64,000 nt of DNA from Schizochytrium sp. TIO01 (lineage: Eukaryota > Protista > Bigyra: Labyrinthulomycetes): NCBI GenBank assembly GCA_004764695.1, contig SMSO01000031.1, forward strand, positions 472,436 to 536,435, in the 5' to 3' direction. The notes beneath the pieces were generated by a model. The model saw only the letters and a program-made list of their open reading frames with translations, did no database searches and was not told the origin of the DNA. Position numbers and translations under genes: made by a program. Of the stretch, positions 43,965 to 56,440 are shown one piece after another. Position 1 is the first letter of the stretch; each line of letters begins with the position of its first letter.

Positions 43965-44604
43965 GTTTCTTGATGTGTTTTTTATGCGAAGTTCATAAAA
44001 GCGATCTACTTTAAGCAGGGGGTTGTTTCCTCGGACTTGCAAATTATCATGAGCATGAGCATAGCGAGATAATTATGAGCCTCCTATGCCCTTACATTTG
44101 TCTATCTGACTTTGCAGGAACAGGAATTGTATCAAATGATAAATTTTCTTGTGCAGCACATGGGTTCTAAAAGGTTTGTTCTCTCCATGCGCATCTTAAT
44201 GTTTCTTTTGTTTTGTATTTTTTTAATTTTCTATGTTATGTTGTGGATATTTGTGCACTCGATATTGAGAGGAATTGTATACTTTGTCCAAATAATATGG
44301 GCTCAGTATAAAAATAAAGAAAGCTCGTTTTCGTCTTAAATGTTTTTCAAACTGTTACTGGTAGAGATACCTAGGTAGTTATTAGTCTCTGAGCTGGTAG
44401 TAATAGAAGTTTTATGGAGAGGCATACATACATACATTTCTCTACCTTAGTATGGGTAGTTAATGTATATGGTAGAAGAGAAACTCCCGTTCCGTGGTTT
44501 GTGAAAGCGTCAAAAACCAATTTAATTCTCCTTCACTTCTTTCACAAACGTTCTCGCCTTGAAGGCATTCGCTGTTCTGTTGCTAGGTCCAAGACCAAAC
44601 AAAC

Positions 44605-46776
44605 ATGACATCGTCCTCAGAGCCTGGTCCACTATGTACGCAAGAGCTGCACACCAAGAAAAGTAGGGCCGAAGAAATCAGCAAGACTAGCGACAGCAGT
44701 GCCAAGGATTCCGGAGAGACCGACTCAGACCCGAGGGGCTCAGATTTTGCGCACCTCTTCGTTTTTGCAAATGAAAAGGCAGGGAATGACAAAGGTGGAT
44801 AAAGATCGCGTGAACCAAGTTGTCTTTGAAATGAGCAAGGGGTCTGAACACTTCAGGGAGGCACAACGGCGAGATGAGAGAACCCAAATTGAAGTGCGGA
44901 AACTTCGTGAAAAACTAAGCCGAATGCTCGAGTCAGACCTTGCACCTGTACGCTATCGCGTAGATGAGCGTGTTGGAAAGCTTTTACAAGAAAGAGATTT
45001 AACTCGCATTTACTGTGTTGTAGACATGGACTGCTTTTTTGCGGCTGTAGAAATGAGGGACGATCCGAGTCTCGCCCGGAAACCGATGGCTGTCGGAGGC
45101 ATGTCAATGATCTCAACCACAAACTATCTCGCACGAGAGTATGGTGTTCGCTCTGCAATGCCTGGATTCATTGCTAAGAAGCTCTGCCCAGACCTCGTAT
45201 TTGTTAAGAGCAACTTTGACAAATATCGGCAAGCCTCCGCTGAAGTTCGTGAAGTATTCAAAGAATACGACCCGGACCACCATGCAGGTAGCCTTGACGA
45301 GGCCTACATGGACATCACAGATTATGTAGATGATCGTCTATCTGAAACTGACAAGAGAGACCAAGCTAAACGTATGGAGTATGCAGCGAAGGTTGTGCAT
45401 GAAATGAGACAGAAAGTTGCAGATCGTACTAAGCTCACTTGTTCTGCTGGAATTGCGTGTACAACAATGCTTGCTAAAATTGGATCAGACAGAAATAAAC
45501 CCAATGGACAATGTGTGATCCCTTGGGAACCTAAGAAAATGCTTGATTTTGTTCGAGAACTAGCTATTCGCAAGGTACCTGGTATAGGCAAGGTCACAGA
45601 AAAGAAACTCAAGGACGCCTTGGATATTAATTCGGTGCAAGATCTATGGGAGAAGAGATATCTATGCGCATATTTACTATCAAAAATTCAAGCAGATTAT
45701 TTGTTAAGGGTAACTCTTTGCTGTACAGAGTCGTCCTCACGTCGTGATGAGCCTCGAGGTCGTCAATCCATGGGGATGGAGCGAACCTTCAGTGTAGGCA
45801 CCAGCAGCCCACAAGAACTTTTCGATACATGCCAAGATATTTGTGGAAAGTTGGCGAATCGATGTGTAGAGAAAAAAATCTATGGTTATTGTGTGACTTT
45901 GAAAATTAAAAAGAGCTCCTTTGAAGTATTTACTCGACAAAAAATGCTTCCAAATGCGGTGCCGCGCTTGGCTGATGGTTCAGACCTCTTTCCACACGCT
46001 CATGAGCTTCTCTCAAAAGAGATGCCATGTAAATTACGGCTTATGGGGATTAAGATCTCAAAACTGAGTGCAGCTGGTCCACAAAGTTGCTCCACCAATC
46101 AGGTAGCAACGAAAACGTTGCAAGGCTCAATAATGCAGTCTTTTCAAGCAGCTAAGGAAAGACACAGTCGACCAGATTCACCTTCTGCAAACTCTGCAAC
46201 ACCTATGCAGTGCCCTCTTTGCGAGCAAACACTTGATGGTCTCTCTCCACTTGAAGCTAACAAGCACGCGGAGGACTGCCTTACTGGGTGCAGTTATAGG
46301 AGCAATGAACCAACTTTCGAAAGTGTCACATCAAACAAAGGGCAACCGAAAATAACCACAGTACTGAAAAATGCGTCTAAAAAGAGAGAATATGAAGAGG
46401 CGTCTCAACAAGGGCACGGCAAAAAACGACTCCTCTTGAATCGAAGAAAAAACGATCTAATTCCGCAAAGCTTCAAAGCTTTTGGAAAGCCAATTTGGGA
46501 ACCCAAAGAGATCGTAGTCAGCATTACCCTAATGCATCTTCACGTGCTCATACAGATGCTGATGCGGTTATTGTAATTCAGGCAGATGATAACAACTGCA
46601 CTGAGAGCACTAAAGATAACGAGATCGAAGAAGTTGACGAGATCGAAATTGTCGAGCCACACGCAGGTTGCCCAGACCGCCAAGGACCTCGCTGCCCGGC
46701 TTGTGGAAAACTTTTTGATGTATCCTGTTCTAACAACGAGGTAAATCAGCATCTGGACGCTTGTCTCATGAAATGA
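44605..46776 (+). CDS. POLK: DNA polymerase kappa (DinB/Y-family), split by two frameshifts in this sequence
   Basis: N-clasp FVFANEKAG|MTKVDKDRVNQVVFEMSKGS joined across a shift at ~44782-44785; VDMDCFFAAVE; STTNYLAREYGVRSAMP; SLDEAYMD; UBZ CPLC..NKHAEDCL; second shift at ~46395-46455 into a frame with KLQSFW and terminal UBZ CPACGK..VNQHLDACL. Confidence 0.92.
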
Positions 46777-47098
46777 TGTGTAAATTGCAATATCTATATG
46801 TCTCATACGTATTTAACTGATACCATCTCTCTGCTTGTTACTAGCAGAGCGCCAGATGACGAGAGAAGGCCATGGGAATACATAACACTCAAGTTCCTCG
46901 CATAATAAACCATTCGTGGGTTTGGTTAACATTGAGTTGTTACTTTTGGGGTAACAGATTCTCATAAAGTAGTTTATTAAAAGCCATTTCAGCATAAAAC
47001 TCGCATGGCTTTGGTTTTTTCGACCATTCCTAAACAGTCACAATATCTAGTAATTTGAATTACAGAACTTTCTGGCATGAGCCTTTGAATCCGTCTCT

Positions 47099-47653
47099 TC
47101 AGAGCAACTGCAGGCGTCCCGACTTTCCCTTGGCCCGTCCGCGTTTGCTCGGACCCGCAGATGGAGCACTACGTTCAGAGTAGGCCACGCCTCGCTGGCG
47201 TGCCTTATCTTTACGAGCGCGTGCTTTCTTCGAGAGATTCTTCTGGTTCCCAGCTTTGCCAGCTTTGCCGCCGGACGACTTGATCGCTGCTCCACTAAGA
47301 GAATATTTCGTATCTCCAAGATCACCAGCGCGCTCTTGTGTTGAGTGCACTCTGAGAGCAAACTGGTCAATTACAGAAAGACCTTTTCCGAAGTTTTCTC
47401 GGGAGGTGCTCACGCCTTCATTGTCTTCGAGAAGGCTTTTAGGCCGCACAGGAACTGAGTCGAGGGCGTCGAACAATGAGGATGCCATGCCGTCAAATTT
47501 ACGGGCATCTTTGAGTCGTTGCAGTTCCTCAACACGCTGTTCAGCCGCAGACTTCACCGGAGCTTTCAATGCAGGGCTCCCACCACTTGCTTTTGAGTCT
47601 GTCGCAGAGGTCCTAGCGAGTCCACGACTCAGTTCGTCGAGAGCGGATTCCAT
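47099..47653 (-). CDS. Small protein with a basic C-terminus, function unknown (weak resemblance to small ribosome-biogenesis factors)
   Basis: ATG at 47653 (MESALDELSRG), 184 aa; K/R-rich LSKKARARKDKARQRGVAYSER. Confidence 0.6.
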   Translation of the reverse strand: MESALDELSRGLARTSATDSKASGGSPALKAPVKSAAEQRVEELQRLKDARKFDGMASSLFDALDSVPVRPKSLLEDNEGVSTSRENFGKGLSVIDQFALRVHSTQERAGDLGDTKYSLSGAAIKSSGGKAGKAGNQKNLSKKARARKDKARQRGVAYSERSAPSAGPSKRGRAKGKSGRLQLL

Positions 47654-48724
47654 GATCGACGAAGAATAGCCAACTAACTCTCCGCCAACCCTTCTGTGGC
47701 TCAAAAGCGTACTTGCTTTTTGATACAAGTACCAGTGATGTAGAATTGGATGCTGCCGCCGCAATGATCACACAAAGGACTGGCTGGTGAATGATTGATT
47801 GACCGACTGAATATGTGCTTATCGCCAAGGTGTTTAATTGTTTCGCTCCGCCACGAACCACTCAGCTTGTGTCTTTTCCTTATTCTTTCTTGTTTATAAT
47901 CATAGAGTTTCATCTATACCCCCGTTACTAGTAGAAAGGTATTGGTCCTATTAGTAGATACCTACAGTGGGCAAAGGACTGGGTTCTCTGAAACAGATAT
48001 ATTTATTAGAAAATAAAAATTAAATGCGTGAGACCAAAGTCAATGATTGTTCCTGAAAGATGCGCATATTCTTATTCTTAAACAGGATGCCATAATTTTA
48101 CTGTAAAGCGCTGCCGATATCTTTGAATTCACTACAGAAGTCCTCTTCCCATTCTCCAGGTATGAGATGATAGACCAAACAACTCTGGCTCAAACTTTCC
48201 GCTCTTAATTTTGGCCCAACATCGCTGTTACAGTTTTTTGTCTTCTTACCACGAGTACTATGATCAAACAGAGAATTTAATTGATCAAGTCAACTGTGCA
48301 AATTGTAGAATAACAACAGTTTGGAAACGTGCTTTTGATGATATCAAAAGCAACGAGGTCGCTGATTAGCAAGTTAGAAAATCAAACACGACGGTATCAC
48401 ACCTCGCTGCATGGCAAGTACGCTACATTGCCTTTGCGAAGCAAGTCGAGACCTATTCCTTAAATGAGCTACAACTTTCAAAAGGTCAATAATGCAGCTC
48501 CTCGGTTTAAGAATATTTCAAGCTGTAATAGACATATATATCAAAAGCAGTTTTTGATTTACCGATTTATGAAATTCACATTTGCAGGCAAAAAGATGGT
48601 AGAGCATTACACCTGAATAAAATTGTTGAAGAAGGAAGGTAAATGGCACAAAAAATGATCATAAGAACAAAGTAGTGTATAGTATCTATAAAACCACAAT
48701 TTAATGACAGCACAATAGGAGTGT

Positions 48725-49468
48725 CTACGCAAGGGGTTCAAGAGACCTCGCATCAGGTGGCGAGCCAAGGGCTCGAAAATCCGCATAACTTGATGATCCA
48801 TGACCCCCACCAAGAGATTTATCAAGCTTTTCTCTAGATTGTCGCTGGTATTCAGAATCTAACGAAGGGATCAATCCGGATCTTGAGCGATCACCCATTT
48901 GTTTACCCCCGGAGGCTGTTCGTCCACCACCCGAACCACTTCGTTGGTTTTTACGTTTACTCTTTTTATTGTTATTGTTGTTACTGCTGCTGCTGCTGCT
49001 ACCTCCATGCACGGGATACTCGCAGATGTTTTTGACATATTGCTCTTGCAATTTTCGTTCTTCTTCCCACTGCGCATGATTGTAGTAAGGCTGTCTCTCC
49101 TGAATACGTCTCAAGATTTTCTGATTTTCTTCAGTAATTCGCTGCAATTCTTTTTTGCGGAAGGTTTTGTTAAGGCTCTTCACTTTGCTTGCTGCTTCAC
49201 TCTTATTGTCAAGGGCCTTTTGTGACATTATGTAAGACATTTTCTCTAGTAAGAGTTTGTTCTCACGTTCAATTTTGAGAAATCGCTCCTCCATTTGCGC
49301 TTCCCTCTTCTTGTTATTTGTCAAGTGTGAGGGCTTCTTCGGTGGTTTGTTGTCAATAGCCGGGCGCATTGTCTTCAAGCGCTCCCGATGCGCCTTTTGG
49401 CGCTGTTCGATTTGTTTCGCATATAGAAATTTATTAGAACACGGGTTCGCAGCGCGTCCTCGAAACAT
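48725..49468 (-). CDS. CFAP97/Hemingway (KIAA1430) domain ciliary protein
   Basis: HRERLKTMRPAIDNKPP; KIERENKLLLEKM; KSLNKTFRKKELQRITEENQKILRRI..PYYNHAQWEEE. ATG at 49468. Confidence 0.85.
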   Translation of the reverse strand: MFRGRAANPCSNKFLYAKQIEQRQKAHRERLKTMRPAIDNKPPKKPSHLTNNKKREAQMEERFLKIERENKLLLEKMSYIMSQKALDNKSEAASKVKSLNKTFRKKELQRITEENQKILRRIQERQPYYNHAQWEEERKLQEQYVKNICEYPVHGGSSSSSSNNNNNKKSKRKNQRSGSGGGRTASGGKQMGDRSRSGLIPSLDSEYQRQSREKLDKSLGGGHGSSSYADFRALGSPPDARSLEPLA

Positions 49469-51267
49469 GATGATGAACCTTACTTCGTTAAGTCTACGAC
49501 TGGGTTTCCCAACTCGTTTTTTACGTGACAAAGTTTGGGTGTTAAGCTGGGCAGACTTAGACTAAATAAAGTCCCTGCCAGCTCCTGATTCTGCACCGCT
49601 CTGCCTTGCACTCTCCTCAATGACAATACGTGATTTCGAATGTGTAGGGGTATGCCTTGAATAAAGACACGGGGCAGCAGCTGCGCTGTGCGGTGCCTCG
49701 TAATTACCTTGAACGAGGCGCCAAGCTCTAATGTTTTGACGCGAATAATTGCAAGGGTGTCTGGTTCAAGCTTGCGCTTTCCCTCGCAGCCAGCGTTGTG
49801 TTGTAAATTTACAGTAGCAGCCTGACTTATCTACAGAGCTAGCGTCCACTCAGAACGTTTATGTTCTTATCAACTGTACTTCGATTCTCTTTTCTGAATA
49901 TTTTAAAGCTTGATTTTCTTATTTGGAGTTCTCGTTTCTACCCTTCACTATTGGTATATATATATATATATATAAATATGCATATATATATATTGTTTGT
50001 GCTCTTTTTATAAATCTTTGAAGTGGCGACCAAAATCAAACATAATAGAGCAAAACAGACTATGTAATAGACCTGAAGAATAATAGGAAAAAATCGATTT
50101 TGTTCGAACTTTTACCAGCTTCTGCCTTTGTTAATTCTCTTCATCCTTGTCTTTTCGGATGAGAGGTCATTCCTTTATAAATTGCAGAGACGAGAGGGTG
50201 TGTACTAGTATGTCGCTTAACGGATCTTTTCTTGGTAAAGGATAACTTAGCCTACTACTAGTAGTTTTTTTGTTTTTTTTCCTTAGTACGGAAGAAATGA
50301 AAATATGTACCTGTCACGTGAGTATTTCAACGCCTACGAATTAACAGCTAGTTTGAGCCAGAACACATGGAAAGGTTAAAAAGAACTTTGTATGTGTGCA
50401 CTACAAATTTCAATTTCCAGTTAAGCAAGCGCGAACGCCTGCAACAGCTTTATTTTTAGAGTTAAATAACTTCAAAGTTTGCTTTTTTTCTTTTTTGCTT
50501 TTTTAAAATTGTTTTTTCTTTCTTTCTTCTTCTTCTTAAAAATACAATAATAATAATAATAATCAATAATGAATTTTACTTAAACAATAATAATAAGGAA
50601 CTTTTAATTTTCTAATAAAGAAAGTATCATGATATGATATGCCTGACACTAAAAAACAAACAAACAAACAAACAAAAACAACAACTAGATTGCAAGATCT
50701 TTGGGTATTCTGAAAAGCAAGAAGGGTTGTGTGAGGCGGGGGATATTGTACCCTTATTTTAGTTAGCACAACAGAACGCCAAAAATTATGTTTTAAATCA
50801 TAGGAGCTACCACTGATCGAACGATTTGTACACAAGTCTTGTAATGACAGAGAAACAGTAGCACTTTAAAGCAGTCGTGTGGTCACTATCATTATGTGTG
50901 CAAATATGCTTGCATCTGCACGAAAGAGTCAAATTCGAGCAAGTTAAGCAAAGGAAAAATGATAAATCTTTAATGTAATAAATGTATGAAACATCTTTTA
51001 AAAGCACCGGCTACCTTACCTGGTAGACCTACTAAACTGAATGAATGATACAAAGTTCCCTGGGCAGATAGATATTTACTCACTGATTTAATAGATGATT
51101 TGTTTATTTTTTTTAAAGAAAAAAAAGCGCAGAGAACTCTAAAAAAGTAGAAGCTTTATGTATGAAGAAAATAGACTAGACAACTAGACAAACTATATAA
51201 GAATTCAAAATTGAGAAACAAAGGTTTCTTGACGATTAGGTGCCAGAAAAGGAATTTCAAGATGCAA

Positions 51268-52437
51268 TTAAATCACAGGTTTTGCTGTATTTTGGAAAGA
51301 CTTCTTAAACAGGAAACCATCATTCGCAAACAAACATCGGTAAGCAATGTTCCGTGCAGTGCGTTCCAGCAAAGTTTCCGAGGTTCGAAACCAACCAATG
51401 TACTTTGAAGCATTAATAATTTGCGAAGTCACAGGCTCGCGAATTTTGTAGTAGCGTGCCAAAGCAGCATCAATATTGTCAGGGTCCTCAGCAAGAAGGC
51501 GGGCGAGACAAGTAGCATCTTGAATAGCCTGATTAGCTCCCTGTCCCATAAATGGGGTAGCAGCATGAGCAGCGTCACCCATTAGAACCACTCGGTCGTT
51601 AACCCAATTCACTGCTTTTGGAGGTGTGTGGTAGAGCCCAAAATGCATGGCACGTGATGCATAACGAGTGATTTCACTTGTAGATTCATGAATATGATCG
51701 GTGGCTGCCCAATCACTGTCACAAGGTGGCTTTTTAGCTCTGTAAGCATAACCAAGAGTCCACTCACGTTTACTTCCGCAAGCAAAAGCTGTTTGGCACG
51801 TCCCTTTCCCAATTGTTTCGGTAATTGATCCCTCCTCAAAGCGCCCGTCACCATATTGCTTAATATGTGAATCAGGGATGACGCAGTAATACATGGAAAG
51901 TCCAGAGTATTGACGTTCCCATGTTTTGTCGAACAGTTCGCATTTCACTTGGCTTTTGATGCCGTCAGCTCCAATCAAAAGATCAAACGGTATGCTCTCC
52001 TTTTGGGTGTGGACGATTCGTGCATCTTGGTCTACCTTGACAACACGCTTGCCGCACTCGACGGTCCCCTTTGGCAAAGTATGGTACAAAAGCATTTGCA
52101 ATTCATCGCGCATGAACTGGGCCATACTTGGTGGGTCGCCCACAAGATCTGTTGCAGAGACTGAGCGAAAGACAGTTCCGTCATCAAACAGCGTGCGGAA
52201 CCGCAATGGAGTGACGCCAATCTTGTCGATCTTGTCAGCAAGGACTGGGATGTTGCGTAAACATTGAAGCCCACCAGATAACGTAAAGCCTGCTCCCAGT
52301 TTGGGGCGCAGAACTGGCACCGCCTCAAGAACTCGAACATGTACTCTATCTCCCATGCGGTGGAGAAGCTCATGCGCCATGGCAAGCCCACCGGTGCCTG
52401 CTCCGGCCACGACAACTCGAAGTGGTTTCGACGACAT
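51268..52437 (-). CDS. Group A FAD-dependent monooxygenase (salicylate hydroxylase/zeaxanthin epoxidase-like)
   Basis: VVVAGAGTGGL; LLIGADGIKSQV (DG motif); VVLMGDAAHAATPFMGQGANQAIQD (GD motif). ATG at 52437. Confidence 0.9.
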   Translation of the reverse strand: MSSKPLRVVVAGAGTGGLAMAHELLHRMGDRVHVRVLEAVPVLRPKLGAGFTLSGGLQCLRNIPVLADKIDKIGVTPLRFRTLFDDGTVFRSVSATDLVGDPPSMAQFMRDELQMLLYHTLPKGTVECGKRVVKVDQDARIVHTQKESIPFDLLIGADGIKSQVKCELFDKTWERQYSGLSMYYCVIPDSHIKQYGDGRFEEGSITETIGKGTCQTAFACGSKREWTLGYAYRAKKPPCDSDWAATDHIHESTSEITRYASRAMHFGLYHTPPKAVNWVNDRVVLMGDAAHAATPFMGQGANQAIQDATCLARLLAEDPDNIDAALARYYKIREPVTSQIINASKYIGWFRTSETLLERTARNIAYRCLFANDGFLFKKSFQNTAKPVI

Positions 52438-53738
52438 GATCAATATCTGATTATTGCCTGTTGTTTCCCTTTGCACAGTCACCGCAAGAAGCCTCTTTGA
52501 CCCAGAGGTGGAAGACGCAACAGTGTCACGAGAGACGCGGTGACGCCGCCACCACCACCTGAGATGGTGACGACGATGAGTGCAGTGTTCTCCTGAGCCT
52601 CTTCACCCTTGCGTGCCGTCGTCGGCGTTTGCGGCTTTGCAGTCGCGTGCGCAGCCACAAAGTTTAATTGTTTATGTATTCAAAAGCTTTCTTTCTTTAT
52701 TTGTTTCATTTCTTCCCTTGATTGATCGATTGTATTTACATTTAATTTTTCTTTCAAAGCTAGATACCCTACCTACTAGGTACCTCCTACTACCTACCTA
52801 CCACCTGCCTACTATCGATAGTTAGCATACTCATACTCACTCCTATCCGACTTAGTCCTCTGACAGGGGTAAACAAAAACTCTAATGGCAAAGTCCCTCG
52901 TATCGACTATACGTACTCTAGTAGGCACTACTCAGAGGTATAGGACCAGCCAGTCTGATAATTAATGCCTGCGCACACACAGTTACCGATCAAGAGCTCC
53001 TTCAGTCTTGAGACTGAGTGTTTTAAGAAGATGCTTGAACGAGCTCCTTCCCATCTTCAAAGCTGCTCTCAACTTGAAGTCGCGGCCCCTGCTTTGAGAG
53101 TGAGGTCATCCATTTGCACCATGTTTTACTACTCCATAAAATCCCGAAGAACGAGCGCTTGGAGGACTACCTTGATCGAAGAAGACCTCACGGTTCATTC
53201 GAGGGCCTTTATCGCCGTCTCAGCTCTCCATGGGAAATTTCACGCCAAACGTATCAAAATCGAAGTGCTCATTCCATAGTCGATGAACAACTCCATTTCT
53301 GCTTCTGCGCAACACCAGAGGCGAAGACAAATAAATAAATCCCTTCTGCTCGGAGAAGAGGCGAACAGGCGTCAGTGACTTCGATGACTGGAACTGGACG
53401 AAAACAAGGACACCATCAGTAACGTGAGACACTCGCAGGTGCAGGGGTCCTCGACTTACCTCCTCGCGTGCGAGATCTCCTCCGTTAACTCAATCCTTTT
53501 GAACTCGGAGTCAGCACAAGCCCAAGCAGAGCCTTCCTTCGCCTTCGATTGATTGATAGACCCGAAGTCATCACCACATTTAGGCTCACGCATCATCACA
53601 GGAATCTCTACTCTACTACTGCTAGCTAGTGGCAATTATAACGATGATGATGAGGAGGATGATAGTACTCAAATAGTGATAGCCAGTCTCAGTCTAAGAG
53701 TCACAGAGATCTTTTTAAGCAAGTCAAATTATTAAAAG

Positions 53739-53760
53739 CAATCAATACATCAATCAGTAC

Positions 53761-53792
<32 letters not shown>

Positions 53793-53870
53793 GTACATCA
53801 ATCAGTACATCAATCAGTACATCAATCAGTACATCAATCAGTACATCAATCAATCAATCAATCAATCAAT
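53739..53870. repeat. (TCAA)n microsatellite with TCAGTACA interruptions
   Basis: Directly visible; opposite-strand counterpart of the 37245-37400 tract type. Confidence 0.88.
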
Positions 53871-56440
53871 CAGCAGCAGTGTTCGAGAGATGAGGTCCTC
53901 TTGAGAGAACAAAACAAAAACAAAGGGTGTGTGTTGAGTGGGAGTGATGAGTGAGTGAGTGAGTGAGTGAGTGTGCTTGAAGCACAGAATAGATAGATAC
54001 CGTGGCGAGCAATGCAGATCAGTGCTTGACGCGGCGAGTAAGTTTCCAGACCCGCTTGCGTTCTTTCTCCGCCTAAGCGTTGAGTCTGTATTCGATCTCT
54101 GATTAAGCACTGCAAATTCAGTAGAGGTACATATCCTCAACCTCTCAGCATTCGACACAGAGACAGACCCGAGTCACTTTTCTTTTCTTTCCCGTTGGTT
54201 CTATTCTGCAAACTCTGCCGCATGGAAAGACGAAACGACATCTGGGTTTTACTGCAAGGCAAGGCTCTTCATTCTTCCACCAGGTAGTGAAAAGCAAGCA
54301 AGCAAGCAGCGGTAGCTAGCTAGTATGAATCGAGAGCTGGAGGCAGTGGTTCTGGCGGAGACATGACGGAGAGATTGCGCTGCGTTGACTACTACTGCTG
54401 CCGAGATCCAAATTTGCGGAATTCAGTTCTAGTTGACCACTGTTGTCGTCAACACAACTTCGAAAGAGAAGAGGTAGATTAAGGTTTTTGTTTGTTTCTC
54501 TGTTTCTTTAGACTACTGCTAGTGGTTATCACTATCACCTCTAGAGTAATGGAAGGATGAATAAAATAAAATAAAGTAACAAATATGCAAATATGAGGGA
54601 CTTTTTTTCTTTTTTTTTTTTCAAATTTAAATAACAATGATAAATTAATAATAATAAAATAACTCTTTAGAAATAAAATATTGCTTTTCAAATTTCCTAG
54701 CGCATTGATGTGGACTACCTACTACTAACAGGAGTGTACAAAATCCCTTGACTAAAGTTGTACCTGCTAGTAGTACTAGGATCCAAATTTGCAAGAAATG
54801 ACTGCTAGGTGTAATCTACCTAACTCTACTTGTAGCGGGTGCATTCTTCATCTTTACAATTTTAATTACTATGTACATACAGCAACAAAGAAGCACACGA
54901 CATATATAACTGTGCATCCCAGTAGAACTTTAAAAAGGTATATGATCTAGTTGTTCTCTAGCTAGATGTGGTGGAATCAATACGTTATATTTAGAGAAGG
55001 GTCTCGCTGTTGTGTTTTTATGTTTTATGTTTGTTTGTTTGCTTACTTGCTTGCTTGCTTTTTTTTTCCTTTTTTTTTTTGAATTTAGATACTACGTACC
55101 TGCTTCTTCGTTATTTTCCCTTGCGATTTTAAAGAAAATAGAGAAATAGCTTATAAAAGGCTGCAGATTCCATAACGGGACCTTTTGCCGTGCTTATTTG
55201 TCAGCTGTATGCGTATTCGCCCCCAGAAAGTATGTGATCCAAACCCAATTCTGAAACCCCTCTCTTGACTGTCTGTTATTATCGATCAATCGATAAATTC
55301 GGAGTTGTGTGTCATATTGAAGTCCTTCAAGTAACCAAAGCTGTTTGAGTTCTGTAACAGCAATGGTTTGTACCAGCATTATATCTTTCATCTGAAGACA
55401 ATTCTAGTTTGGACTGTTTAATTAACTGAAGAAGTCAGATAAGTTCTGCGTATGAAGAAAAACGAAAGAGAAAAGGTTGAGGTGGCGATCTTCAGTACTT
55501 TCTATATCTCTTTTCAGGGAGTTTCTTGTTATAGTTAAACATATTTGCTGTACTCATTCTATTCTGCAAGCACTTGTTTGAATTTAACAAAGTAGAGCCG
55601 GTTCATAAAATCTGGTTGAAAGAAAATAAAGATAATAATAAACATTGCCGGACTGTAGCACATACGCGCTGTTTTTGTTACCAGTTTTTTCCTTTTAAAT
55701 ATTCTATGCAAATAGAATATCCAAGGAAGCATTTCAGAATCAAATTATATGTTTCTCTCAAAGTACAAAGTAAACCAAATTAAGTTTTTAACATCAATAT
55801 ATGTGTATTTGTTAATCTTGCGATTATTATAAACCAAAACACGTGTACGAGAGCTGATTGAAAGGTCGCCCCTCTAATACTTATTTTCATCTCTTGTCAG
55901 AGAGAATCTTCAGATTCATTTCTCCAGCTAGATCCTATCTCTTCGTCACCTTTTTCTTGCATAATATCTATCGTCATACGATTGTTTTCAACACTCGGCA
56001 AACCATTCTACTTTATGCACTAGTTGGAGAACTGAAGTGCTCGTACTGATGTGCTGTCTTACTAGTGACTTATGTATCCATATTGACCAACATATTGACC
56101 AACATGTTGACTGTCATGTCACTTTTAGCGCATGCTTCTGGAGTATTACTCAGCGATGGAGGCAACCCAACTGCTCTGGACGCTAACTATATTCGAAAGA
56201 TTCTGCTATAATAAATTATTGTAAAGGCAGGCACCTAGGTGCCTATGTGACCCTATCACTCTCACGACTTATAGGCTATTATCAGCTGTGATGTGTAGTA
56301 CTCAGTTTTTTAATAGTATCTTTTTGCTTTGCGAGTAAAAATATGCGACCCTCTTTATTCAATGTTATTAGTAATGAGGGAGAGAAAGAAAATGTAAAAC
56401 CAAATTCCCTTCACAACCTTAAAATATATCGTGCTTCGGC

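Noticed and set aside
54405-54792. 13-bp direct repeat GATCCAAATTTGC flanking an AT island (possible target-site duplication)
   Set aside because: One such pair is plausible by chance in 64 kb, and no terminal structure is seen inside.
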